Assembly (NCBI GenBank): GCA_004431415.1
Contig: QPMI01000603.1
Location: forward strand, 62,001 to 126,000
Origin: Cyanophora paradoxa CCMP329
Taxonomy: Eukaryota > Plantae > Glaucophyta
Direction of reading: 5' to 3'
DNA length: 64,000 bases
A model generated the notes under the pieces. It was not told the origin of the DNA. It saw only the letters and a list, made by a program, of their open reading frames with translations, and did no database searches. A program made the translations under genes and the position numbers. Below are positions 23,533-34,382 of the stretch, one piece after another; the stretch's first letter is position 1, and each line of letters opens with the position of its first letter.

Positions 23533-24244
23533 GGGGCGTTACGTACGTATGGGCGCACAAGATAGCTGTAGGGGCCGCCCGGCCCGGCGTACACGTACAC
23601 ACTCGTATGGACTCTCCGGGAGTACCACGGACCGGAAACACGGCGGACGTGCATGCATATGGGCCGGGGAAAAGGAGCTCGAGAATTTTGAAGTTCCGAT
23701 TTTTTTTGGTGAAATACCGGCCACAGCCTCTAGTCTACTCCAGCACTGTGGGGGCGTATACAGGCAAGGTGGCCCTTAGGTGGGGCATGATCGATCGGAA
23801 TTATGTGGAACGGGCGGGATTCGAAGGCGTGATTCCGAGGATCTGGATCGATCTAGCTATAACTATATAGAGCCGACGTAACTGCAGCTGAGGCATGCGC
23901 ACGTGCACTTGAACTGCGGCGCTTAATTATATAAACATCCCACGGCTCGGTTCGACCGCTGATCGCTCGGTTCGACCGCTGATCGCCAGCGTTCGAGTCC
24001 CGGGAAGGGCAGTTGGGGGGAGCGGGGGGGCCTGGGCGGGCCTTGAGCTGCCTTGCGCTGTCGAGGGCTGAAGAGGGGGCCGGGGCGCAGCGACCCCCGA
24101 GGCCAACTTCTGCACGGCGAGACATTGGCGCGAAACCCAAAATTTCCCTGCTCTAGATTGCTCTAAACTGCACTTCAGACGTGCTCAGTTTCGCGCCAAT
24201 CGTTCGCTGTGCTCCGCTAGAATTTCGGCTGGACATGTATGGCG
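22860..24244. mobile_element. Long-TIR (foldback/MULE-like) non-autonomous element
   Basis: ~260-bp inverted arms (22860-23120 vs 23985-24244), inner ~100 bp nearly perfect. No TSD or transposase identified. Confidence 0.65.
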
Positions 24245-25691
24245 TTTTGTCCTCCGGGATCCCCCAGTTTCAGGATTTGAGAGAGCGCGAATGCGTTCGG
24301 GAGTGTTGGCAGAATGATCATGATCATGTAACTTAGTAAACTGTTAATAATATGCATTCGAAAGATGATGCTATCGACAAGCTCAAGGCCGGGAAGCCTG
24401 GCGAGCAAGATCTGGCGCGACGTCGACGGGCCCGCTTCTCGAAGCCCTACGGCCGGCGAGCGAGCCGCTGAGCGCGAGCGATCTACCTGCGGGCAGTTCG
24501 ATCAGAGCTCGTCGACGTCGACGTCGGCACTAAACGCAGGGCGTGCCGCGGGCGCAGTAGTATATATATATATATATATATTTGTCGTATATATCCAGCT
24601 ATGGAGCAAATAGCATAGTCAAGATACATAGATCTAGATCTAGACCGCCGCCGGCGCCGGGCGTCAATCTGAATCGGACCTCATGCATCAATTCCAACAT
24701 TATGGCCATGGCGGAATTCTAGCCTAGTATACGTAGATCACCTCCGGATCCTTTGCCGCGCGCCGCGCGCCCCGGCGCGGCCCGCCTAGGCCTCCCGGCT
24801 CCGCCGCCCTAGGGGGTCGCCCCACTGCCCCGCCCCAACGCCCTAGGCCAGGCCCGGCCCGCCGTCCCCCCGCCGTCGTTTGTACCCGCCGTGTCCGCCC
24901 CCCCCTCCCCCCCCTCCGGACCCCCCCCCCCCCCCTATAGCTAGAGCTTCATGATCACCCGCCTGGCCCGTGGCCGTCCGTCGGACAACCGCATGCACGC
25001 TCGTGCAGATCTCTCACATGTATTACTAGCTTGGATCGATGGCATTCGGTGCGCTGCGCGAACCTTTGAACCACTTGCGAATTATAATTACTCAATTGAT
25101 TGGCCGGGTCACCGGGTCCGCCCGCTGCACTGTGGCACCTCCCGCCCCGGCAAGCCGCACCGCCGCCCGCCGCTCTAGATCTTGACCTTCGAGGCTTCGA
25201 GGCATCCGATCAGATGGGCGCCTCTATATCTGCTCCGCTCCAAATGTAACGCTGTCGATGTGCATGTATTCTGCAGAAAGACCGAAAAATTGCCACACTG
25301 TCGCGCAACTGACGCCCGGCGAGCCGAGCAGCCGCCCGCCGCCCTCGGCCCACCGCCCACCGGGTGACGCTGACTCGCGTGCGCCCGGCGAGCCGCGCCC
25401 CCCAGAACTGCCGGCGTGATATCGATCATCATGAGTGCATTAAAGATCATCGTGTCCCTAAATTCAAAAACGATTGACACACATTCGAAGCTCAAGACAC
25501 TATGACACTACTAGGCTATCCCGCTGATGATCATGATCAGGCAGCTGCAGCTGCAGGCAAACACGTCAATTCGCGCCCGCGAACTTGTCTGCAGCAGCGA
25601 GCGACCACATAAATGCACGGGATGGTGTAAATCAAGTACGTGTGTGTGTGTGTGCTCACCGCGCGGCCCATGGCCAGCGGCAGCAGCCAGA

Positions 25692-26253
25692 CTAGAGGGC
25701 GATCGTCTCAGCCTCCAGAGCCTCCAGTTGGGCATCCGTCTGCGCATCACAGCAGCTCGATCAGCTCAAGCTTTAATGGATTCGAGCGTGTATGCTGATC
25801 ATGAGGGCACAGCGGACGGACCGTGATCTCGAGCTCGGCCGCCTCCTCATCCTCGAAGGCTGAGATCTCCTCCTCCGCCATCTGTCACGGCATTCAGATT
25901 CCGAAGTTCAGCAACACGAGCATCGGATGGATTTGGTCGAAATTTAATTTCCACGTTGTCTGATACACAACCCGCATGCGCACCTGCATATCAGCGTCGA
26001 CCTGCACGTTGTAACACACGGGAGTGTCGCCGGATTGTCCAGCCTTCCAGTTGATGGACTTGCCGCCGGTGCCCCTGCACGCGTTTTTGCCGGCTTCAGT
26101 GTCGTTCGCCATGTCCATAAACCAGGTGCCCCCGCAGTTCGAAGCAGTATGGCAGGTGTAGGCTGCAGAATGCGTCAATTGCAACGTACTCGAGCTCGCG
26201 GCGAGAAAAAGCCTTGAGAACGCACATGTTTTCAAATTAGCCACGTTGCCCAT
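25692..26253 (-). CDS. 104-aa small protein, 4-Cys N-terminal domain + acidic C-terminal tail (exons 26253-26226, 26162-25984, 25881-25822, 25739-25692)
   Basis: Three canonical GT-AG introns give an open frame MGNVANLKTSYTCHTASNCGGTWFMDMANDTEAGKNACRGTGGKSINWKAGQSGDTPVCYNVQVDADMQMAEEEISAFEDEEAAELEITTDAQLEALEAETIAL*. Upstream 5'UTR intron and TATA box; paralogues support the exon structure. Confidence 0.8.
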
Positions 26254-26434
26254 TTTCACCGAGGTTAGCGAGTATCTGAGGAAAACCAGTTAGGATCAAG
26301 ATGCATACATGATCGCATTGTAAACTCATCGATCGCAGATATCTGTTAACGGTATCTCCTCAGCAGGAGCGCACCTCAGCCTCAGAAACTGAACTTCGGA
26401 AGAGCGGAATGCGGGGGACTTCGCAGGCGAATGC

Positions 26435-26442
26435 CTTTTATA
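26435..26442 (-). promoter_or_regulatory. TATA box (TATAAAAG) of the small-protein gene
   Basis: Consensus match ~60 nt upstream of a putative 5'UTR intron donor (GAG|GTGCGC). Confidence 0.55.
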
Positions 26443-27292
26443 CGCCGCTAGAGAGAGTGAGATTTAGAGCTCGAGACACTGTGACACTCACTCAGTCAGG
26501 ACTACTCTCAATCGGTATTCATTTCGAAAGAACAGGGATCGGACACTGCAGTTGCACAACTTGCACTGCCCCTGTTGGAGGGGAAGGACCTCGAACCGTT
26601 GAGCAGGAAAGGCGAGCCTCCTCGAAGCCGGCGCCAGTCCGCCGCCACTGGGCCACTGGCCCGCCAGCCGGGACTGATCATGATCCGGCGCCGGCCCGGC
26701 GGGCCGCGGCGGCTCCCGGGAGTACCCTTAAAAAGCTTAAGGGCGCGCGTTTCCGCGGGGGGTCGAAACATTTTTCATGTTGCGAAAAACAATTCGGGTA
26801 TTTTTCATGTGCCGGCCGGCGCCCGGCGGTTGGAACCTATTTTTCATCCCTCCCCTCCGGAGTCCGGAGCCCGGGCCCCGCCGGGCCGGGCCCCGGGTTC
26901 CGGCAACTTCCGGGGCCCCCCGGCCCGGGCCTCCGGCGCCTCCGAGGCGGCCGCGGCCCCGGCGGCCCGGGCCGCCGCCGGCCCGGCGGCGCCCGCCGGG
27001 CCGGGGCCTGGCCCGCTCGGGGCCCGTGGCCGGGCCGGGCCGCTAACGTAGTACCAATTGCAATGCCTACCATCGAGCATCGCCACGTGCACAGCCTACC
27101 ACTGGGGTGGCACTGGCTACCAGTAGGCTGGGCCTGGCTGGCAGTAGCCTGGCTAGGCGCCGGCCAGCCTGGCAGATTTCGGGCTGGATTTTCGGCGCAT
27201 TTACGTTAATTTGGTACCGCTTCAATTAAGTGACCGCGGTAATTTATAGTGCCCTATGTATGGTCCTTGGCCTGGCTGCGGAGGCTACGGTA

Positions 27293-27713
27293 CCGGATAA
27301 CAGAATATTAATATTAGTGCACGCATAATATCAATGCGTCCCCAATTTCATGCGTTTTCTGCCGTCAAAATGCATTAATATAATTTGGGGGGGGGTGGGC
27401 ATTAATAACAGAACGCTAAAAGAAACTGCAGTCAGTAGAACTCAGTGCGGCAGTGCCCCCCTCATGCAGGCGAGGAAGAAAAAACGCATTAATTTGGGGC
27501 GCATAATTACTAATTTGTTTTTGTGAATAACCGGCCACAGACTCAAGACACCAGCACTGCGGGGGCTGCCCAGGGGGCACAGGGACAAAAACTAAGACAA
27601 GAGGACAAAAAAACCCAGCCATATTCGCGATCGGGTCCGGGTCGAAATAAGCATTAAATATTCCAGCCCCCGCGGTGCTGGTAACAGGCTCTTACTTACA
27701 GCTGGTACGTGTC
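27293..27713. mobile_element. Truncated ATTAATGCG-family MITE (cut at duplication junction)
   Basis: TA|CCGGATAACAGAATATT left end; matches 35211-35643. Confidence 0.75.
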
Positions 27714-29313
27714 AGCTGCTGCAGCCGGCGGCGCCGCCTCCGACAAGCGCCGAGCTCGCCACCTCGCTCGCTCAGGCGCGTCTTTGAATTTTCCGCGGGG
27801 CACCGGTGCTCCGGTCCCTGAGCGGCACCCTCGCCGTCGACGTCGTGCAGGCCCTCTCAGACGCCCGCCTGCTGGGCACACCCCTCTTCACCACCCCGGG
27901 GGGCCGCCTCCGTCTCCGCCGCATGTTTGCCACTCTAGCCCTCCGATTCGCCGGATACCCCCAGCTCGTGCACGACCCTCCACCCTTCACGACTTACCTT
28001 TTTTGCCCTCAAGGCCGCGACTTGCAGGCGAGGGGGGTACTGGAGGCGCTTGTGGCGGCGCTGCAGCAGTCCCCCTCCGGCTTCTGGACCCCCGCCGCGG
28101 CCGAAACACTCGTCGACCATGCCACCGGCCTCTTCCTGGTAGCCCCCTCCCCCTGCCCCCCCCCCCCCCCCCCCCCTCCTCCACCCTCCCCCATGGCCAA
28201 TCCTTCCGCATCAGCCCCTCGCCGTTCGAGCCGTTCGACCCTTCGCCCGTCCTCTTACTCGAGCCATTTTTCAGGCGGGTACGGCGGAGGCCCCGCGGAC
28301 GGCGCACGATCTGTTCGCTCTCGACTGGGATCTCTGCTCCCGAGTGCGTTAACTTATACGTGTCCCCTGCACGCCTCTTGTCCTCCTCACCCTGGCCCAT
28401 GGGCCTCGGGCAGCTGCTGGCCATGGGGAGGGTGCAGCTCCTGGGCGGGGAGCTGGGGGCGGGTCCTGGTACCCTGCGACCCAAGGCCCTGCTCTTGTGC
28501 GCGACGGTCTTCAACTGGGTGCAGTCTGCCCGTCGATGCCGTCCCATTGTTCTGAGGCGACGTTGGCATTGGCGCCCCTGACACCGGGCGGGGGCCCCCA
28601 GTTTGACAAGTCCGACGAGGCCTTCGGCATGTACTTCGAGGTCGGCGCCCTCCCGCTGCCCCTGCTCTCTTCGACCCCTCCCATCCGGCCTCCCCCTTCT
28701 TTCTTCGAACTCGTCTCTTGGTGCACGGCAGGCCTAGGCGTGGGCGGAGCTCGTGCGGCGGCAGCTGACGCCGGGGCCCCTCGAGGCCGCCCTCGTCCCC
28801 GCCCTCGCCGACCTCCACTGCGCGTACCCCCTCAATTTTCAATTGAATCTCAACGACTGCTCGGCGATCTCACGCCCCCCGGCCCGCGCAGTTGCTTACC
28901 TGATGCCGGCAATGGGGCACCACAGTGCGGCGCCCCTCGAGCTCTCCCTGGCAGGATTTCATCTGACGTTGCGGGCGGGGGCGCAGTCGCCTCGAAGGCG
29001 TACTCTCTGGGGGGCGACAGCGTGGCCGCCCGCTACACTCAATACCTCGTCCTCCACGTCCGCAGTGCGGCGCACCCCGCCCTCCGCCACCCACTGGGCC
29101 ACCTCTCCCGGGAGTCCCCACACCCCTCTCTCCTCTTCCCCAACCGATCGCGAGGATCCCATTGAATTTCTTCCAAGAGGCCTAGGGCAGCTCCGAGCGC
29201 CCCCGCCCCCCCCCCTTTCCCCCCCCCCCCCCCTCCCCCCCCGCCCGTCGAATTGGCCAAATCGAGGCGACTCGCGGTGTCCTCGGGTGGTCGTGAGCTC
29301 AAGGGCGGCTAGC
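27713..29313 (+). pseudogene. Internal fragment duplicate of the TPR-like gene (19408-21017)
   Basis: Exons nearly identical, introns more diverged; lacks 5' and 3' ends. Confidence 0.9.
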
Positions 29314-30616
29314 GCTGTTATATGATCATGATCACTGCTACTCAGATCATGCCATATGCATGATGCATGCGCATCAGTGCGCACTGCCGCGAGTGCGCAT
29401 GCACTGCGGCACTGCGGGCCTAGGTCGACGTCCCGATCACAGATCTAGATCTGGCCCAGCTGCAGTCACACACTGAGTGCCCCAGTGGATCATCGGACTC
29501 CGGGATCGGATCATCATGGCAGCTGCAGTGGCATCGAATCTAGCGCAGTAGATCGATATCCCGCGAGCGCCCGGCGCGCGGCCGCGGGTGCACGCGCTGC
29601 ATTAAAGTGCGTGGCGCGCGCGCAATCGATGGGAGCGTCCCCGTCGATGCCGCGATTGTCTCCCGCGCCGCCGGCGCCGCGCACGACGGGTGTTCCAGAT
29701 CTAGAGGCCATCGCGAGCTCGAGCACTTCGGACTCGCCGGCATGGCCAGCTACGCATGCCAGTGAATGCACAGCCCCGACTTCGCCACGTGCACGGCCGC
29801 GGAGCCGGCCGGAGCCCGCGTTGGCGCCGGCCCCCGCGGTCGCGGCCATCTGCAGCGCTATAGCTATAGCTAGCGATGGTCCCTTCAAGCTGCGGCCGGC
29901 GGCGGCACTCAATGGCCACGATCAGCTCAAACCGCGCTCGCCTCGCGATCGCCATGAAGCATGTTTGCAAACGTCCACTGCGAGCGCTGCCTCCGGATCC
30001 GCGCCCTTTCCGCGGCCGGCCGCGGTCCCCAGAGCCCCCACTGGCGGGCTAGAGGTCCGTCTGGGCCCGCCCGCGCGCGGCCGACGACCCCGGCCGGCGC
30101 GCTCGGCCCGACGCCCAATCAATATTGCAAGGGGGGAAAAGAAGACCGAAGGTCTTCTCCCCCTTGCTTCCCATTCCCTCGCTTCAGCCAAAATTTCTTC
30201 TATGAGGCCGTTTTCGAGGTCCAGTTTGCAACGTGGGAAAAAAATGGGTCGAAATTGGGTTGCGCCACGTGTTTGTCGCTGCGGGCCTGCGGCCGTCCAT
30301 GCAAAAAGCGGTTTTCGAGGGCGAAGACCAGTTTTCGTCGCCTTGACGCCTGGAAACCAACTTCTCTCTCATTCCGGTCTTCGAATTCCTTGCGCGATTC
30401 TGCATGGAACCAGTTCTCCCTAGCTGTCTCCTGTAGATTTCGGCTTCCTCGCAGTGCGTCGCGTACGCCTTGCTCTTCGTTGCGCTTCGTTGCGCGGTTC
30501 TGCATGGAACCACTTCTCCCTAGCTGTCTTGATCGATCTCCTCTAGATTTCCGCTTCCTCGCACTGCGCCGCGTACGCCGCACGGTACCCGTGCCGCCTG
30601 GACTACTTTTCACTGC

Positions 30617-31507
30617 ATGCACCGCAGCACCGACGCATGCGCAGCCCGTGGGCCGGCGTGGAGCGTACCACGTAGCTTTTCCTTGCGATCGAAGGCCGCG
30701 TGCTGCTCCGCGGGGGACGTGGCTGCAGCCTCGAGCTCTGCTCGCCGCCTCACCGCTGCGCCGACCTCGGTGGCGCCCCGGCCCGGCGGCTGTCCTTCGG
30801 CGCCGGGCGGCCCGCACCCTCGAGTGTCGCCTCGGCCCCGCGCTTGGCCGCCTCCGCCGCTCTTGCGAGCTGACCAGCTCTTGCGAGCGCATCAGCGGCA
30901 AACCGAGCGCTCGAGTTGCGACCGAATTCGAAGAGCGCTAGCGGCGCGTGTGCAGCTGCAGCGAGTGAACAGTGAGCAAGCGAGATCATTGCGTGCGCGA
31001 GAATTCGGGCGTTACCTGAGCTTTGGAACTGAGCTTAAGCAAAAGAAAGCGCCTCAGCCGCTGAGCAGCCAATTGCAACAAGAGAAAGCTAATACTACTA
31101 TGATATGGGACGAGGGCGCAAAACTGATGTAGAGCTGCCTGAAGGCATCGTTGAAGGCGAGAGCATACAGTTAGAGCCACGGCAGGCCTAGGCCTGCGAT
31201 CGAGGACCTCCACATGGGAGTCCTCACGCGCCTCCAAGACGCCGGCCTCGCGGATATCGAAATTCAAGACCTTGTCTACCAGATGCGCAGCGGGAGCGCA
31301 CAGCGCGCCAGCCGCGTGGCTCTAGATCTGCAGGCGCTCGAGGCGGCGGGCCGCCTCACCATGCTCTCGCAGGAGGGCTCTCTTCAGCACCGGCGCCGCT
31401 GGCTGCCGCTCACCCGCATGGCCGACTTCCGCCCCGACCCCCTGCAGAAGGCCTGGATCGCCTATGTTTACGGCGAGCCCTCTGCAGACAGCACCATCAT
31501 CTTTTAG
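30617..31507 (+). pseudogene. Degenerate ORF of unknown family with two internal TAG stops
   Basis: ORFs 30617-31132 and 31214-31507 are in the same frame and read as protein through the stops (...TTMIWDEGAKLM*SCLKASLKARAYS*SHGRPRPAIEDLHMGVLTRLQDAGL...KAWIAYVYGEP). Confidence 0.4.
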
Positions 31508-32339
31508 CCAGCTGTTGAGGGTTAGCGGTAGTCCGTGCGAACACAGTTCATGCGCAGCATTTTTCCGCTCCAGAACAATCTTTCTTATACACTGCGCTGG
31601 ATCTGGCCTTTCATTGAGCCTTTTCTTTATTCGGTTTGATCTCAGCGTCTGAATGGGTCTCCTCTACATCTGCTTAATGGGCCTTTCCTATTTTTTTCAA
31701 TCATATATACGCTGTGTGTACCTTTACACTTCAACCTGCCGCGCGCGCTGGGCCGGGGTCGATCTAGATCTGCCCCGTGCAAGTTCGTGCCACTACGACT
31801 CTTTCATTAGATCCCGGTTCCCCCCTTGCACCCCCGGCGCGCCAAACGCGGCCGGGCCCCTAGTTATATAATTAATGTTGTTGCCAAGTTGAACGCTGGC
31901 AGTCGGCGCAACTGCACATAGAGGATGCGGACGACGCGCGGGAGGAGCTTGAGGCGGTTTTGGACGAGGCGCCGAGCAGCCGCCCGCCGCCCTCGGCCCA
32001 CCGCCCACCGGGTGACGCTGACTCGCGTGCGCCCGGCGAGCCGCGCCCCCCAGAACTGCCGGCGTGATATCGATCATCATGAGTGCATTAAAGATCATCG
32101 TGTCCCTAAATTCAAAAACGATTGACACACATTCGAAGCTCAAGACACTATGACACTACTAGGCTATCCCGCTGATGATCATGATCAGGCAGCTGCAGCT
32201 GCAGGCAAACACGTCAATTCGCGCCCGCGAACTTGTCTGCAGCAGCGAGCGACCACATAAATGCACGGGATGGTGTAAATCAAGTACGTGTGTGTGTGTG
32301 TGCTCACCGCGCGGCCCATGGCCAGCGGCAGCAGCCAGA

Positions 32340-32895
32340 CTAGAGGGCGATCGTCTCAGCCTCCAGAGCCTCCAGTTGGGCATCCGTCTGCGCATCACAG
32401 CAGCTCGATCAGCTCAAGCTTTAATGGATTCGAGCGTGTATGCTGAGGGCACAGCGGACGGACCGTGATCTCGAGCTCGGCCGCCTCCTCATCCTCGAAG
32501 GCTGAGATCTCCTCCTCCGCCATCTGTCACGGCATTCAGATTCCGAAGTTCAGCAACACGAGCATCGGATGGATTTGGTCGAAATTTAATTTCCACGTTG
32601 TCTAATACACAACCCGCATGCGCACCTGCATATCAGCGTCGACCTGCACGTTGTAACACACGGGAGTGTCGCCGGATTGTCCAGCCTTCCAGTTGATGGA
32701 CTTGCCGCCGGTGCCCCTGCACGCGTTTTTGCCGGCTTCAGTGTCGTTCGCCATGTCCATAAACCAGGTGCCCCCGCAGTTCGAAGCAGTATGGCAGGTG
32801 TAGGCTGCAGAATGCGTCAATTGCAACGTACTCGAGCTCGCGGCGAGAAAAAGCCTTGAGAACGCACAGGTTTTCAAATTAGCCACGTTGCCCAT
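32340..32895 (-). CDS. Second intact copy of the 104-aa 4-Cys/acidic-tail small protein
   Basis: Same exon structure; the differences I saw are intronic or synonymous (ACA/ACC Thr). TATAAAAG at 33077-33084. Confidence 0.8.
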
Positions 32896-33556
32896 TTTCA
32901 CCGAGGTTAGCGAGTATCTGAGGAAAACCAGTTAGGATCAAGATGCATACATGATCGCATTGTAAACTCATCGATCGCAGATATCTGTTAACGGTATCTC
33001 CTCAGCAGGAGCGCACCTCAGCCTCAGAAACTGAACTTCGGAAGAGCGGAATGCGGGGGACTTCGCAGGCGAATGCCTTTTATACGCCGCTAGAGAGAGT
33101 GAGATTTAGAGCTCGAGACACTGTGACACTCACTCAGTCAGGACTACTCTCAATCGGTATTCATTTCGAAAGAACACGAGGCCCGGGCCGGTCGGACGAC
33201 TCGGACCCGGGCCACCCGGCGCCGGGCCGGCGGGGCCCGGGATTAGGGCTGGGTCCAGTGAAACCAGTGGAGGGTCAAGGGTCCCACTCGACTGACTCAG
33301 TGGAGATTTTGGCTCACTCACACAAAGAAAAATGTATGAGGCCAGTGAGCCGGACCTCAGCCAGCGCTGCGTGGGGGGGGGGGGGGGTATTCCGCCACCT
33401 ATCCGCCACCTAGCAATATAGGTGGAACGTCGTGGGGGTACTTAATGTCGGAGTGCCGCAGGCCGCGGCGCGAACTCGGAATTTTTCGAAGGGTGTGCAG
33501 CGTCGAGAAGCACTGCGATTCTGACAATGCCTGCGTTGCAAATGACCTCTAAACAT

Positions 33557-34073
33557 TAGGGCTGTCGTCAGTCACAGTCAGATCACTGGGTCAGCTTTAA
33601 TTTTGGCTGACTGACGTTTTCTCACTGAGTCAGTCCCATACAACACCCTGCTGGGACTAGCCTGGGAGCGTGCCCCCCTGCGGGCTTTTTCCATCTAGAG
33701 CTGACGTGCGTCGACCAAAAAATGATCTTCTGTCGTCCGACGGTCGAAATCTTCAAAAGACCGCCGGCGCCCATGTGCACGTGCATGGTAAGAGGCTAAT
33801 GGAGTCTGACGTGCGCCTGGCGGGGGCCGAATCTCCTTTTCTCGTCCGACGGTCCTCTCTGCTCGCATAACGTGCCTGGCCTGATGCTTGGCAACTTGAA
33901 TGAAGTAGATAGATCGCGCTTGGGTCAATTCCTGCCAATTTCCTGGTTCATTTTCCCCGCGGCCGGCTTTTGCACGGTAGCCTGACTGAACCTCGGGTTG
34001 ACTGATTCAGTCACAGTCAGGGGGGCTGACGGGCTGGGTCAGCGGGGGGACTGCATGACTGACGACAGCACTA
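33557..34073. mobile_element. Non-autonomous hAT-like element
   Basis: 18-bp TIR TAGGGCTGTCGTCAGTCA / TGACTGACGACAGCACTA; 8-bp TSD CTAAACAT (right copy interrupted by a 6-bp insertion); CTGAC/GTCAG subterminal repeats. Confidence 0.85.
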
Positions 34074-34123
34074 CTAGTACTAAACATATCGAAAGCCCGT
34101 GGAAACTGCAGTTCAGGCACGTA

Positions 34124-34382
34124 CCGTGTAACACAATATTAATTCGCACGATATTAGTTCGTTTTTAGACCCAGACCCCGACCATGGTAATTAGTTCGGT
34201 CTCAAATTAGTGCGTTTTTTCGTTTCCAGTGTATGGGGCGAGGGGTACACACCGTACCCCTACGGCATTTTCTTAGTGTCCTTTTATTAGTGCGGTCTCA
34301 AATTAGTGCGTTTTCACGGCCAAAAACGCACTAATTTGGTACCGAACTAATATTATGCGCGAACTAATATTCTGTTACACGG
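34124..34382. mobile_element. TA-flanked MITE related to 17261-17511, opposite orientation
   Basis: TA|CCGTGTAACACAATATTA ... TAATATTCTGTTACACGG|TA. Confidence 0.9.

Larger units (their letters stand above)
25323..27713. repeat. Segmental duplication, copy A (matches 31971-33176 + 34474-35643)
   Basis: Near-identical sequence at offset ~6648; copy B has 1.3 kb extra bounded by GAACA repeats. Confidence 0.95.

Noticed and set aside
23945-23986. 20-bp tandem duplication GCTCGGTTCGACCGCTGATC
   Set aside because: Two copies only; ordinary slippage.
23985-24010. tRNA/SINE suggested by GTTCGAGTCC
   Set aside because: No T-stem pairing, cloverleaf or A-box recognised; it is part of a TIR arm.
26720-27256. 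Possible transposon bounded by TAAGGGCGC...GTGCCCTA
   Set aside because: TIR too short and no TSD found.
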